The notes under the pieces are model-generated. The model saw only the letters and a list, made by a program, of their open reading frames with translations, searched no databases and was not told the DNA's origin. From a virus: a stretch of DNA of 64,000 bases. Positions 29,809 to 38,864 of the stretch are shown in pieces; positions within the stretch are counted from its first letter, which is position 1, and the number at the start of each line of letters is the position of its first letter. The DNA lies in the IMG/VR virus record IMGVR_UViG_3300025896_001356, positions 1 through 64,000 of that record. The stretch is one strand, 5' to 3'. The position numbers and the translations under genes were made by a program.

Positions 29809-30457
29809 AAATACTGAGACCAAGTTTACGCTTGACGCCATTGCGCGGAAACGCAGAACTAACATGCAGCCGGTCTCGAGGGAATGTCATTGGAACGCCC
29901 GGAGTCCATTGCCAATGTTTATCTACTGTTAGACCGGCAAAATTACTACTATTTAAATGCGGACAGTAGTCAAGTAATAATCCATCTATGGTACCATCTT
30001 CTAACATACCAACATCCTTGTAGTCTGTTATAACTTGATTATACTCATTGGGTTCAACTGTTTCACCGTGTAAGAAGAACGCTGCATCGCCTGCCCAGGT
30101 TTGGTTAAGCACTAAAAATCTATTACGTTCCAATCGCACTGGAATATCTGTACGCAAGTCATATCGCAACGGAAACACAAATGTTTGCAGTACACGATCT
30201 GGTCCGTCTTTACCAGTATCAGCATGTACTCGATAACCAGTTTCAGTCTCAAAAAAGTTGCCGCCGGTTACTTCCCATGTGCCTATACCCAATACACTAT
30301 CTATAATAGGCTTTACAATTTCCAACGCTGGACCAAGATCCAATGCAAACTTACGCTGAGGTAATATTTGCAATTGTTTATTATTTTCAAAGCATAATAT
30401 TAGTGCATCCAGCTGTTCAGCAGTGAGTGCAGGCAATAATTGTGGTAATATGTTCAT
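29786..30457 (-). CDS. Fe(II)/2OG-type oxygenase-like protein
   Basis: YRVHADT...FPRDRLHVSS..KLGLSIF. Confidence 0.6.
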   Translation of the reverse strand: MNILPQLLPALTAEQLDALILCFENNKQLQILPQRKFALDLGPALEIVKPIIDSVLGIGTWEVTGGNFFETETGYRVHADTGKDGPDRVLQTFVFPLRYDLRTDIPVRLERNRFLVLNQTWAGDAAFFLHGETVEPNEYNQVITDYKDVGMLEDGTIDGLLLDYCPHLNSSNFAGLTVDKHWQWTPGVPMTFPRDRLHVSSAFPRNGVKRKLGLSIFTSPRGH

Positions 30458-30477
30458 TGTAATTACTTATGCGTATA

Positions 30478-30527
30478 ATGTTGCTAAAATACAACACAAA
30501 ATAGTCTGAAAAACGGTTGACAGCAGG
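30478..30527 (+). repeat. 50-bp promoter cassette, copy 1 (identical to 38768..38817)
   Basis: ATGTTGCTAAAATACAACACAAAATAGTCTGAAAAACGGTTGACAGCAGG. Confidence 0.95.
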
Positions 30528-30545
30528 GCCAAAGTACGCTATAAT
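30517..30545 (+). promoter_or_regulatory. strong sigma70-type early promoter
   Basis: TTGACA-17 nt-TATAAT, with upstream TGTTG-N8-CAACA at 30479..30496. Confidence 0.9.
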
Positions 30546-30569
30546 TAACACATAGACAGCAAGGAGCAC

Positions 30570-30665
30570 ATGATGATACCAGAAGCAATCCCCGTAATTT
30601 TTGTTCTTGTAGTAGCACCCTTGCTCTGCGTTTTGGCAATCGTCATTGGAGGCAAACAGAAATGA
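30570..30665 (+). CDS. 31-aa membrane micropeptide (not in the ORF track)
   Basis: MMIPEAIPVIFVLVVAPLLCVLAIVIGGKQK*; AAGGAG RBS; ATGA-coupled to the next ORF. Confidence 0.6.
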   Translation: MMIPEAIPVIFVLVVAPLLCVLAIVIGGKQK

Positions 30666-30847
30666 AAGTCAGCAAGAAAGAGATCGTAAAGTTCCAGAAG
30701 AAGGAGCAGGCTCGCATCGCAGGGCAAGAAGTCAATCGTGTGCAGGATCGCAAGACTGGCGAGTACTACAATCCACAAGAAGCTTTTGATGCAATGATGA
30801 ACAAGCCTGAAATCCTGGCAGTGTTCAAGCGTTTGGCCGTTCGTTGA
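30662..30847 (+). CDS. hypothetical early protein
   Basis: 61-aa ORF in a coupled run of small genes. Confidence 0.7.
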   Translation: MKVSKKEIVKFQKKEQARIAGQEVNRVQDRKTGEYYNPQEAFDAMMNKPEILAVFKRLAVR

Positions 30848-30848
30848 T

Positions 30849-31001
30849 ATGAAAGAACAACTGTTAGCCCTGGCCTATGAACAGCAGGATGAAGTGTATG
30901 CTTGCAGCGAACATGAGGACTTTGCAGCTCTCATCTATTTGATTGAGGATGGCACCATCGACACCTTTGAAGAACTTGCCAAGTACGGAGTTGAAAAATG
31001 A
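30849..31001 (+). CDS. small acidic hypothetical protein (50 aa, not in the ORF track)
   Basis: MKEQLLALAYEQQDEVYACSEHEDFAALIYLIEDGTIDTFEELAKYGVEK*. Confidence 0.65.
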   Translation: MKEQLLALAYEQQDEVYACSEHEDFAALIYLIEDGTIDTFEELAKYGVEK

Positions 31002-31249
31002 AAATCATTAAGTGCTGGGATATTCAAACTTGGGATGGTGGTGATCGCCACAACCACAAGTATTATGTAGCAACTAAAGAAGCTGCTCAGGCATGGCTAG
31101 CAAATAACAAGTACGATACTGTCTATGAACGAGAATTTGTTATCCTTGATAGTTTAGATGAATTGACAGAATACGAAAACGGTGAACTCCGCAAACGTGC
31201 CCTGGCTAAACTATCAGAAGCAGAAAAGAAAGTATTGGGATTAAAATGA
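30998..31249 (+). CDS. hypothetical early protein
   Basis: 83-aa ORF ending RKRALAKLSEAEKKVLGL. Confidence 0.75.
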   Translation: MKIIKCWDIQTWDGGDRHNHKYYVATKEAAQAWLANNKYDTVYEREFVILDSLDELTEYENGELRKRALAKLSEAEKKVLGLK

Positions 31250-31497
31250 TCAAGTACACAGCACATCCAGAAGTTATCCGTAAGTACGACAGCATCCGTA
31301 AGAATGCCAAGCGTCCGTGGGATGATCACTTCCTGTTCGCTGTCAGCATCTGTGGCAGCAATCGTGCCTACTTTGCCTGCGGCGACTTCTGGAAGCACTA
31401 CCAGGGCCTAGAGTTCTTCAGTGCCGAGAAGCGTACAGAAGTCCCGGTCAACGGTGTGCTGATTCCAGTTGAGTATTTTACTGAAACAGTGCAATAG
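31246..31497 (+). CDS. hypothetical protein
   Basis: 83-aa ORF with ATGA overlap. Confidence 0.7.
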   Translation: MIKYTAHPEVIRKYDSIRKNAKRPWDDHFLFAVSICGSNRAYFACGDFWKHYQGLEFFSAEKRTEVPVNGVLIPVEYFTETVQ

Positions 31498-31523
31498 GTA
31501 AATGATTATAGTTTGGAAATAAT

Positions 31524-32276
31524 ATGAGTCAAATTACAGTTTGGAAATGTGATCAGACGGGTAAGCTGTTTGAGGATCAAACAAAATACACAAGCCACCT
31601 GCGTCGGCTTGCTCGTGAACGTGCTACCAAGCGCCGTCTCACAGTGATTGAAGCAGTTGCAAACCAAAAGTGGAACGAACTTTACGAGTGCGAACAGACT
31701 ATTGAACAGTGGAAGCTGATGGTACTTGGTAATCAAGACATGTTCTGGGCCGAAGCTGCCAAGCATGATCCAAATGATTGGGAACGTGTTGGCAAGGGAC
31801 GGGGCCGTAAAAAAGACAACGTTGTTTGCCCTGTTCCTCGACTACTAGAGTTTGAACGCTTTGATGTTCGTTGGAATCCTGAAGTCAGCAATAGTCATAG
31901 TTGCCCGCATAACGGTGTACAATGCTGGAGCAGCCAGGATTCCAAAGATGGCCGACCTCGAAGCTACCCAGGTTGGAGCGGTCGTATTGATTGGATTGTT
32001 GCTTGGCCTAAAGAATGGGATGGTGTGTACCTAGGCGGCGACTTGTTCCGCGGATTGCACGGATTCCGATCTGGTCGTCAACGTGCCCACACTGGCACAG
32101 GCGGTGGAGGAGGTATGCGCTACAGCGAAAAGCACAAGTGCCATGTCCAGAGTTTTGGCTACGACTTCCGTATGTACGCCGCAGACTGGCCAGGTATGGC
32201 TCGTGTAGAAGGTATGAAGCAGTTTGCTGAAGTGTTAAGTGGCAACCGTCAACAAGTTGATTATGTTGCTGCATAA
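31524..32276 (+). CDS. hypothetical protein
   Basis: 250-aa ORF. Confidence 0.8.
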   Translation: MSQITVWKCDQTGKLFEDQTKYTSHLRRLARERATKRRLTVIEAVANQKWNELYECEQTIEQWKLMVLGNQDMFWAEAAKHDPNDWERVGKGRGRKKDNVVCPVPRLLEFERFDVRWNPEVSNSHSCPHNGVQCWSSQDSKDGRPRSYPGWSGRIDWIVAWPKEWDGVYLGGDLFRGLHGFRSGRQRAHTGTGGGGGMRYSEKHKCHVQSFGYDFRMYAADWPGMARVEGMKQFAEVLSGNRQQVDYVAA

Positions 32277-32289
32277 GAAAATGAGGTAA

Positions 32290-32577
32290 GTGATGAAAGT
32301 TACAAGTAAAGTAATCAAGCTGAATAACAGATACAAACTGTACAAAGAACATAGAATGGAACATGCCATTAGGTTCAGCTGCTGGGATTCAAAGGTTGGG
32401 AAGGTAGAATCGTTTATGCGTGAACAATTTGGTCCCGAATATGTTCGTGGACACAATGCTCAAACACAGTGGCAAACACATTGGGGCACATCAAGCCGTA
32501 ATCAACCCCGTCCGTACTTCATTGGCGTTCGCAGTGAAGATATGATCTTTGTGGCCCGGTTGGCAGGTGTGATCTAA
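32290..32577 (+). CDS. hypothetical protein
   Basis: 95-aa ORF with GAGGT RBS. Confidence 0.7.
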   Translation: MMKVTSKVIKLNNRYKLYKEHRMEHAIRFSCWDSKVGKVESFMREQFGPEYVRGHNAQTQWQTHWGTSSRNQPRPYFIGVRSEDMIFVARLAGVI

Positions 32578-32646
32578 ATACAGATTGCCCTGCCAGCAAT
32601 ATTATGTTATACTACAGCATGAAAATTGTAATCGCAATGCAGTAGG

Positions 32647-33366
32647 TTGAAATATGCACAAGGAATTGAAATGACTCCCGAAGAACGTAAAGCTATTCTC
32701 AAAGACAAGAAGCTGCCTATTCGTATTGCATGGGCGTTGGTAGCATTTGCTGATCGTATTAATAAAGGAGCTTATGTTAAGTTTCCCGAATGCGATGCTG
32801 AAACTGGCAACGTTACGCTTCGACCCAATCGTGAACTTATTGCTGATCAGATCACGTTGGGTCTATGTAGTCTAACGGAAGTTGACTACAGCCAAGGCGA
32901 TAAATTTGCAGAACACTTTCAAGGACTTGTATTTGATGCCCTGAGCGGAAAGTCAACTGAGTTTGATCAGAAGATTATCAATCTAATATCCGAAGCCAAT
33001 GTTGACTACAAGGCAATGGCGTTCTTGGCATGTATGGGTGCAAGATACCATCGGGACACTATTAAAGATTACAAGAACGAGATGCTGTTTAAACTCGGAT
33101 CGTCAAGTCGGCATCAAGGAAACGTAGGAGATTCCCTGCGCTTAAATGTGACCATACTATCAAAGTATGAAGGCAAAGCGTTTCCTGGTTCAGTTGTACG
33201 TGCAACAGATGGCACCAACTTGTATTTTTGGTCGTCAAGTAAAATGATTGACATGTGGCCAGACTCTCCTGAGCAGTTTCCTATTGTTGGGGTAGTCAAA
33301 GCACACGGCATTGATCGAGATAGTTACACAGAAACTCGACTAACTCGTGTCAAGATTGTAATGTAA
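32647..33366 (+). CDS. hypothetical protein with possible C-terminal OB-fold
   Basis: C-terminal GNVGDSLRLNVTI...GVVKAH...ETRLTRVKI beta-rich pattern. Confidence 0.6.
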   Translation: MKYAQGIEMTPEERKAILKDKKLPIRIAWALVAFADRINKGAYVKFPECDAETGNVTLRPNRELIADQITLGLCSLTEVDYSQGDKFAEHFQGLVFDALSGKSTEFDQKIINLISEANVDYKAMAFLACMGARYHRDTIKDYKNEMLFKLGSSSRHQGNVGDSLRLNVTILSKYEGKAFPGSVVRATDGTNLYFWSSSKMIDMWPDSPEQFPIVGVVKAHGIDRDSYTETRLTRVKIVM

Positions 33367-33427
33367 GTCCTTGTTAATCCGCAATATGGTCAAAACGGAA
33401 TTTTTGATTAAACAGTTATACTAGATA

Positions 33428-34000
33428 ATGATAATTAAATGTATGTTAACATATCTTACTTTGGCCACTTCAAATCTTATCCGCCACCATATTCCAGTAT
33501 ATCCAGATTGGCCAAAAACTGGAGTCAAATATCTTAACACAGTCGAGCTTTGCCAAAACCCAAGTGCATTTGATCTAAGTGTGCAATGGTTTAAAGCAGT
33601 CGCCGAAACATGTAATGCACAAGATATTTTTGCTGCAGATGCTCGTGGGTTCATTTGGGGTGCACCAACTGCAAACCATTGTAAACTACCGTTGCATGTA
33701 GTAAGAAAACCAGGAAAACTTCCGGGAAATGTGTGGAGCCAGACTTACGAACTCGAGTATGGTACAGATACATTGGAGTTGCTGTCATCTACTCCAGTAG
33801 GCAATCGTCAGATACTAATTGTAGATGATGTACTAGCAACTGGAGGCACAGCAGATGCAATTTGCAAATTGTTGCATAACAATTTAAATATTCCGTACAC
33901 GTCAATGAGCGTGGCTGTATTAGTCAATCTAACATTTTTATCTGGTCAACAAATGTTAGAAGAAAAAGGTATTCAAGTATTTGGATTATTAAATGAGTGA
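33428..34000 (+). CDS. apt: adenine phosphoribosyltransferase
   Basis: PDWPKTGV, DARGFIWG, VRKPGKLP, YELEYGTD, IVDDVLATGGT PRPP motif. Confidence 0.95.
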   Translation: MIIKCMLTYLTLATSNLIRHHIPVYPDWPKTGVKYLNTVELCQNPSAFDLSVQWFKAVAETCNAQDIFAADARGFIWGAPTANHCKLPLHVVRKPGKLPGNVWSQTYELEYGTDTLELLSSTPVGNRQILIVDDVLATGGTADAICKLLHNNLNIPYTSMSVAVLVNLTFLSGQQMLEEKGIQVFGLLNE

Positions 34001-34544
34001 TATAATTGTATTTGCACTAGAAGCTGAAGCTCCTAACCTGTTTAAAGAATATGCAAATGTTTACTGCATTGGTGTAGGTAAAGTAAATTCTGCAATCCAA
34101 ACTGTACGGCTATGTAATACCTATCAACCTGATCGTATTATTAATTTAGGCACAGCAGGCGGCATTAGATTAGGCACAGGCATACATCGTATCAACACAG
34201 TCTGGCAACACGATATAAACTTAATGGCACTTGGCATGCGCCCAGGTATACATTTTAATGATCCCGAAAGCATGATAATTATGCCTGGTCCAGGAAAGAC
34301 ATGTGCGTCTGGTGATATCTTTATTATAGAACCCGAGAAGCTTCGCGTAGAATGTGACGTGGTTGACATGGAAGCATACAGTGTGGCCAAGGTAGCAAAC
34401 CGCCTGGGCCTTGGTATTGAAATATGGAAATACATCAGTGACCCTGCAGATGCCAGCGCAGGCAAAACTTGGCAAGAACAAGTAGCAGCAGGTGAACCGT
34501 TTTATAGAAAAGTGTTGGAACAACTTGGAGCAAAATTAAAATGA
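33993..34544 (+). CDS. 5'-methylthioadenosine/S-adenosylhomocysteine nucleosidase-like (PNP_UDP_1)
   Basis: FALEAEA, GVGKVNSA, INLGTAGG, SGDIF, VDMEAYSVA, KYISD. Confidence 0.85.
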   Translation: MSDIIVFALEAEAPNLFKEYANVYCIGVGKVNSAIQTVRLCNTYQPDRIINLGTAGGIRLGTGIHRINTVWQHDINLMALGMRPGIHFNDPESMIIMPGPGKTCASGDIFIIEPEKLRVECDVVDMEAYSVAKVANRLGLGIEIWKYISDPADASAGKTWQEQVAAGEPFYRKVLEQLGAKLK

Positions 34545-35143
34545 GTGCAGCAACGGGCTTTGCAGAAATGTTTGAATGGGCAGACGGAAACCCAACAAAT
34601 GAAGACCGTGGTGGCAAAACAGTTGTCCTCATTGGTGATAAAATTGTAGAATTTAATCGCAGTTCGACTACTACAAAAGACACAGATATTATCGGAGTAG
34701 TTGGTGGTGATAATACTGCTGTTGCTGCAATTAGTAATGCAAGCCCAATGGAATGGCACGGAAAGCATTTACGCGATCCGCTTAACCGTTTACTATGGGA
34801 ATCACAAAGCATGGTTGAATGGATAGTAGATGGCTACAGACATTGGTACGAAGCAGATCGTATTCCTGCTGGCATTGTGGTACCGTTGAATGCAACTTAC
34901 TATCACGATACTTGGAACGGACATAAGTTGCATCGAGAAATTCTAAGCGAAGAATTTAAAAATCCTAGCAAAGTTGTTGGTCAGTATCATCCACGATGGG
35001 AACGACCAAATTGGGGAATCGTAATATTATTAGGCCGTGCACCAATTAGAGATAGTAGCGTATGCAATCCAAATTGGAAACGGTTACATGATATAACAGG
35101 AACAGTTGACGGCGAAAGTATTTCAGAGTGGTTGGTTCGCTAA
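34541..35143 (+). CDS. stand-alone peptidase G2 (tailspike intramolecular chaperone/autocleavage)-like domain
   Basis: FAEMFEWADGNPTNEDR.G..V.L.GDKI, IIGVV, W.GKHLRD, YHPRWERPNW..VILLG. Confidence 0.7.
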   Translation: MSAATGFAEMFEWADGNPTNEDRGGKTVVLIGDKIVEFNRSSTTTKDTDIIGVVGGDNTAVAAISNASPMEWHGKHLRDPLNRLLWESQSMVEWIVDGYRHWYEADRIPAGIVVPLNATYYHDTWNGHKLHREILSEEFKNPSKVVGQYHPRWERPNWGIVILLGRAPIRDSSVCNPNWKRLHDITGTVDGESISEWLVR

Positions 35144-35189
35144 TACTCAAAATTATCAACATAAATTATTAACTCACTAAGGAACTAAA

Positions 35190-35363
35190 ATGGCAGGCAA
35201 AGCAAAATCAATCTATCTCACAGTACTTCCAAAAGGTAGTCATAAAAGCATCTTTAAAAAAATGTTCTTTGAAGCGAAAACATATAATGAATATGTAAAG
35301 AGTGAAGAGTTTAAGACACAATATCCAGTGACTGAATTCGATATTGTCAAGGAGACATATTGA
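35190..35363 (+). CDS. small hypothetical protein (57 aa, not in the ORF track)
   Basis: MAGKAKSIYLTVLPKGSHKSIFKKMFFEAKTYNEYVKSEEFKTQYPVTEFDIVKETY*; TAAGGA RBS. Confidence 0.7.
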   Translation: MAGKAKSIYLTVLPKGSHKSIFKKMFFEAKTYNEYVKSEEFKTQYPVTEFDIVKETY

Positions 35364-35375
35364 GTTAAATACACA

Positions 35376-36221
35376 ATGCAAGTAAAAAACATATACGAGA
35401 AGTGGGGTACAGAGTTCACTGACATAAGTGACTTATTTGAGCAAGATCCGCACGAATTACGAAGATTACTTTACGATCGTAAGATGCTGGTATTCCATGC
35501 TCCTAATTGGGATAAGCTAACATATTGGAAATTCCTTGCACTTTGGGGTAAACCATGGGGTCGTGATGCATACATTTCAAGCCGTGAACGCTGGGAATAT
35601 GTACCTAGCGGAGACGGGCAACATCGCTTTATGACTTCGATGAGCAATAAATTATCTAAGCGATTACAAGATTTTAAAATGCCTTGGCATTCAGACATTG
35701 CCAATCGAGTAGACGGTGGCATTCAGTTCCCGCATCGTTGCATTTACATGAAGACAGTACCTAATCCTCTTGCAGGATTTACTTACTGGATGGATATGGA
35801 GATTGCATATCCAGAAGTGCATCCAACCTTACGCAAGCGTTGGGAAGCACGTACAATTATTCAACAAAATTGGCATGCGCCAGGCAACAATATTATTGAA
35901 TGGCCAAGCATGAAACAACATCCAATTACCAAACGCTGGAGTCCACGTTGCAACTATCATGGCATTGCAGATAGCTGGATTCTAGATACCAAAGACGCCA
36001 GCGGTAACAGCATGGGTACTGGTATTGTTGAAGAACTAATGGAAGCAATGGCAGAAATCCCAGAGTGTGTGTACGAACAGAAATGGGCGCCAAATGACAT
36101 TGTCCTTTATGACAATTGGCCGTTTGTACATAGACGAACCGCTCCAGACCTAAAAGAAGGTGAAGAGCGGTTGATGTGGCGTGCTAACATCGATCACGAC
36201 ATTAGCTTAGTACAAGATTAA
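35376..36221 (+). CDS. TauD/TfdA-family Fe(II)/2OG dioxygenase
   Basis: PWHSD, HPITKR, W.PNDIVLYDN..FVHRR, RLMWR. Confidence 0.88.
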   Translation: MQVKNIYEKWGTEFTDISDLFEQDPHELRRLLYDRKMLVFHAPNWDKLTYWKFLALWGKPWGRDAYISSRERWEYVPSGDGQHRFMTSMSNKLSKRLQDFKMPWHSDIANRVDGGIQFPHRCIYMKTVPNPLAGFTYWMDMEIAYPEVHPTLRKRWEARTIIQQNWHAPGNNIIEWPSMKQHPITKRWSPRCNYHGIADSWILDTKDASGNSMGTGIVEELMEAMAEIPECVYEQKWAPNDIVLYDNWPFVHRRTAPDLKEGEERLMWRANIDHDISLVQD

Positions 36222-36781
36222 GATTCTAGTTCAGCATCCCAATACAAGTAATCCCTCCAAGTTTCATGCAAATCTGTATGCTTGCGAGGGATTTTCTTTC
36301 CACTTGCATAAAGGTCCCATGCACTTGGTGCAACTGGTTTCTTCAAAAGATTCATGCGAGCCTCGTGAACCAGCTTTGAACCCTTGCGATGATTACATGG
36401 GCCACAGGCAGCAACAACGTTGGTCCATGAACTAACACCTCCGGCTGCACGTGGGATAACGTGGTCAAAGGTCAGTTGCTTGGTTTCAAATTCTTTTGCA
36501 CAATATTGGCAGGTAAACTGGTCCCGCAGGTAAACGTTGTAGCGACTAAACGTTGGTCGCTGGTCACGCTTAACGTAGTCCTTTAGGGCCACCACACTAG
36601 GAAGGCGCCAGATTTCTGTAGCACTATGGATATCAACTTCATACTCTGCTACCACGCTGACACGCCCGGAAATAACTGCTTTAATAGCATCTTGCCAAGT
36701 GATTGTGCTCAACGGGTGCATCTGCACTGGTTGAAAATCTGCGTTAAGCAGAAGAGCTGGGTATTGTCCGTCGATGATCAT
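36218..36781 (-). CDS. HNH endonuclease
   Basis: LLLNADF, RDQFTCQYC, LTFDHVIPR..GG..WTNVVAACGPCNHRK. Confidence 0.92.
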   Translation of the reverse strand: MIIDGQYPALLLNADFQPVQMHPLSTITWQDAIKAVISGRVSVVAEYEVDIHSATEIWRLPSVVALKDYVKRDQRPTFSRYNVYLRDQFTCQYCAKEFETKQLTFDHVIPRAAGGVSSWTNVVAACGPCNHRKGSKLVHEARMNLLKKPVAPSAWDLYASGKKIPRKHTDLHETWRDYLYWDAELES

Positions 36782-36865
36782 GATTGTTTAACTTGTTAGT
36801 TTACTTATCTACGTATTGTACACGGATTTATGTACTTGAGCAACATATATTAGAATATTTTCTAG

Positions 36866-36894
36866 TTGACAACTGACTCAAACTACGTTATAAT
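36866..36894 (+). promoter_or_regulatory. sigma70-type promoter
   Basis: TTGACA-17 nt-TATAAT. Confidence 0.85.
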
Positions 36895-36922
36895 ACGCAC
36901 ATGACAACAATCTTAGGATATC

Positions 36923-37198
36923 ATGCTTAAAACTTTTGCGTTGCAGAATAGACCGTTTGCAATCTTTGATGCAGCGAACCTCGAACATCGAAAAGCATTT
37001 CAGAAATTTCGAACTACCATGTCCTGGGCACAATGCCCTGTGCAATGGATCTTAGATGATGATTCCTCAGATATTGTGTATAACATTTCTAAGAAACTTG
37101 TAGCACATTATATGTCCCTTGAGTTTGTTGTAAAAAAACCACGGATTGTACGTAAAAACAAGCCAAAAACTGTCACAAAACTTAAAAAAATGGCGTAA
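36923..37198 (+). CDS. hypothetical protein
   Basis: 91-aa ORF directly after the promoter. Confidence 0.7.
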   Translation: MLKTFALQNRPFAIFDAANLEHRKAFQKFRTTMSWAQCPVQWILDDDSSDIVYNISKKLVAHYMSLEFVVKKPRIVRKNKPKTVTKLKKMA

Positions 37199-37203
37199 AA
37201 CGG

Positions 37204-37232
37204 TTGACAATAGGCTCAACTTGCGCTATAAT
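37204..37232 (+). promoter_or_regulatory. sigma70-type early promoter
   Basis: CGGTTGACA-17 nt-TATAAT followed by ACATAGACAGCAA, as at 30517. Confidence 0.9.
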
Positions 37233-37264
37233 ATACACATAGACAGCAACAAACAGGACTTAAA

Positions 37265-37606
37265 ATGAAAGTTTGCATCACTACACAGTACATGGAAAAT
37301 TATGGTGCGCATGATTGGGACGGTACAGGTGAGTGCCCGCAGTACTGGAAAATGAAGGGCGGCGAGGAGTACTTTTTGCCCTTGGACGGTTTTAATCCTG
37401 CCCATGAGTTTGCAGAGAAGAATCTGCAGATGATTGTGGACAGTGTTCGTGATCAGGTTGAGTGGAACGAGGCTTGGAGCCGTCAGTACATTGTGGGTTA
37501 TGTGATTGTGGAAGATGACTACATGACCGAGTTTGAATGCAGCCAGTTGGAATACGATGGTGAGATTCGTTTCCCTGCAAAAGTGCTAGAAGAAGGTGTT
37601 GTTTAA
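37265..37606 (+). CDS. hypothetical acidic early protein
   Basis: TQYMENYGAHDWDG.GECPQYWK.KGG..Y; AGGA RBS. Confidence 0.8.
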   Translation: MKVCITTQYMENYGAHDWDGTGECPQYWKMKGGEEYFLPLDGFNPAHEFAEKNLQMIVDSVRDQVEWNEAWSRQYIVGYVIVEDDYMTEFECSQLEYDGEIRFPAKVLEEGVV

Positions 37607-37658
37607 AAACAACACAATAACCCATCAGGTTGACAGGTTATCGATTCGGTGTTATAAT
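37597..37658 (+). promoter_or_regulatory. sigma70-type early promoter with upstream inverted repeat
   Basis: TGTTG-N8-CAACA (37597..37614), then TTGACA (37630)-17 nt-TATAAT (37653). Confidence 0.88.
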
Positions 37659-37686
37659 TAATACTTAAACAGCAAACGGAGCTATT

Positions 37687-37971
37687 ATGAATATCCAGGA
37701 AATCAACAAAGCAATCATGTTTGGCACTTTCACCAATACCGAGCTGACCAGCATTGGTGATGCTATCCGTTGGAATCGTGCGCAACTTGGCAAGCAGACC
37801 AAACGTTCTATTACCATTGGTTGCACTGTAAAATTTACTGATCCCAGAAGCGGTGTTGTTTATCAAGGCACTGTTAACAAAATCAAAATCAAGAACATCT
37901 TGGTCAACTGCTCTGCATACGGACGCGGTGGACTTGTAAATGTGCCAGCTAACATGCTCGAGGTGGCATAA
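37687..37971 (+). CDS. hypothetical protein (possible SH3/KOW-like C-terminus)
   Basis: ITIGCTVKF....YQGTVNKIKIKNILV...VNVPANML. Confidence 0.75.
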   Translation: MNIQEINKAIMFGTFTNTELTSIGDAIRWNRAQLGKQTKRSITIGCTVKFTDPRSGVVYQGTVNKIKIKNILVNCSAYGRGGLVNVPANMLEVA

Positions 37972-38183
37972 TGGAAAAACTTATCCTTGCGCTGGCCGCA
38001 ATTGTTATTGGTATCGCTGGTGTAATGTTTCTCAGCTTCTTGCTGAGTTGGCCCGTGTTCATGCTGTGGAACGGTTGCTTGGTTGGCGCAGTCGCAGGTG
38101 TTGCTGAAGTAACTTGGTTGCAGGCCTGGGGCCTGACTATACTATGTGGCTTCTTATTCAAGACTTCAGTGAGCAAATCATAA
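37971..38183 (+). CDS. small membrane protein
   Basis: Hydrophobic; MLWN...VTWLQAWGL..L..FLFK. Confidence 0.75.
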   Translation: MEKLILALAAIVIGIAGVMFLSFLLSWPVFMLWNGCLVGAVAGVAEVTWLQAWGLTILCGFLFKTSVSKS

Positions 38184-38338
38184 TGCAAAATGTTAACATG
38201 ATGCAACTTATGCAACGGTGCATGGCACGTCTAGAAGTAGATATCTCTTCTGAGGAACGCATTAAGGTTCTCAAAGTGTTGGCAAGTACTGCTACCATGC
38301 TGGTGGAAAATTTAGAAACTATTGTTGAGGTGGCGTAA
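38183..38338 (+). CDS. hypothetical protein
   Basis: TAATG-coupled small ORF. Confidence 0.6.
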   Translation: MQNVNMMQLMQRCMARLEVDISSEERIKVLKVLASTATMLVENLETIVEVA

Positions 38339-38526
38339 TGGATCCGAAACCAACTCCTGACTATTCACAGAAATACCAGATGACGTACCGTGTTATCCGG
38401 GCTGATCAAATTAACGATTTTCTAAATGAACTTGCTGACATGCAACAGGTTTATTTTGAGGAAGCAATTGAAGCATCACAATACAAAGATGCAAAAGAAG
38501 TTATCAATCACATCCGTTCACTATAA
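38338..38526 (+). CDS. hypothetical protein
   Basis: 62-aa coupled ORF. Confidence 0.65.
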   Translation: MDPKPTPDYSQKYQMTYRVIRADQINDFLNELADMQQVYFEEAIEASQYKDAKEVINHIRSL

Positions 38527-38536
38527 AGAAAACCTT

Positions 38537-38680
38537 ATGACCACCGCCCGCGAAAAAAATACTGCCCATGATCAACGCCAAGTAACTCGACCCAAAGCGG
38601 TCCATTACGACTTTACTGCACTTACTCAGGTGATGAAGGCGTGGTATAATCAGGAAATTTATTCCCCGTATTCTGCATAA
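38537..38680 (+). CDS. hypothetical protein
   Basis: MTTAREK... short ORF. Confidence 0.5.
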   Translation: MTTAREKNTAHDQRQVTRPKAVHYDFTALTQVMKAWYNQEIYSPYSA

Positions 38681-38767
38681 TCATGGCTGGATTATTTGGA
38701 TTCTTTGCACTGCTTTGCACTGGTCATCCTATACTGGCACTGGTCTTTTTGATACTTTGCTTATAAG

Positions 38768-38817
38768 ATGTTGCTAAAATACAACACAAAATAGTCTGAA
38801 AAACGGTTGACAGCAGG
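38768..38817 (+). repeat. 50-bp promoter cassette, copy 2
   Basis: Identical to 30478..30527. Its TTGACA (38807) is followed 17 nt later by TATAAT (38830). Confidence 0.95.
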
Positions 38818-38864
38818 CTCAAGCCGTGTTATAATTATTACTTAAACAGCAAAAAGGAATTAAT

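Noticed and set aside
36218-36781. HNH as an intron-encoded or RNA-guided (IscB/Cas9-like) nuclease
   Set aside because: No RuvC motifs, no interrupted host gene and no room for an associated ncRNA. It looks like the common stand-alone HNH family.
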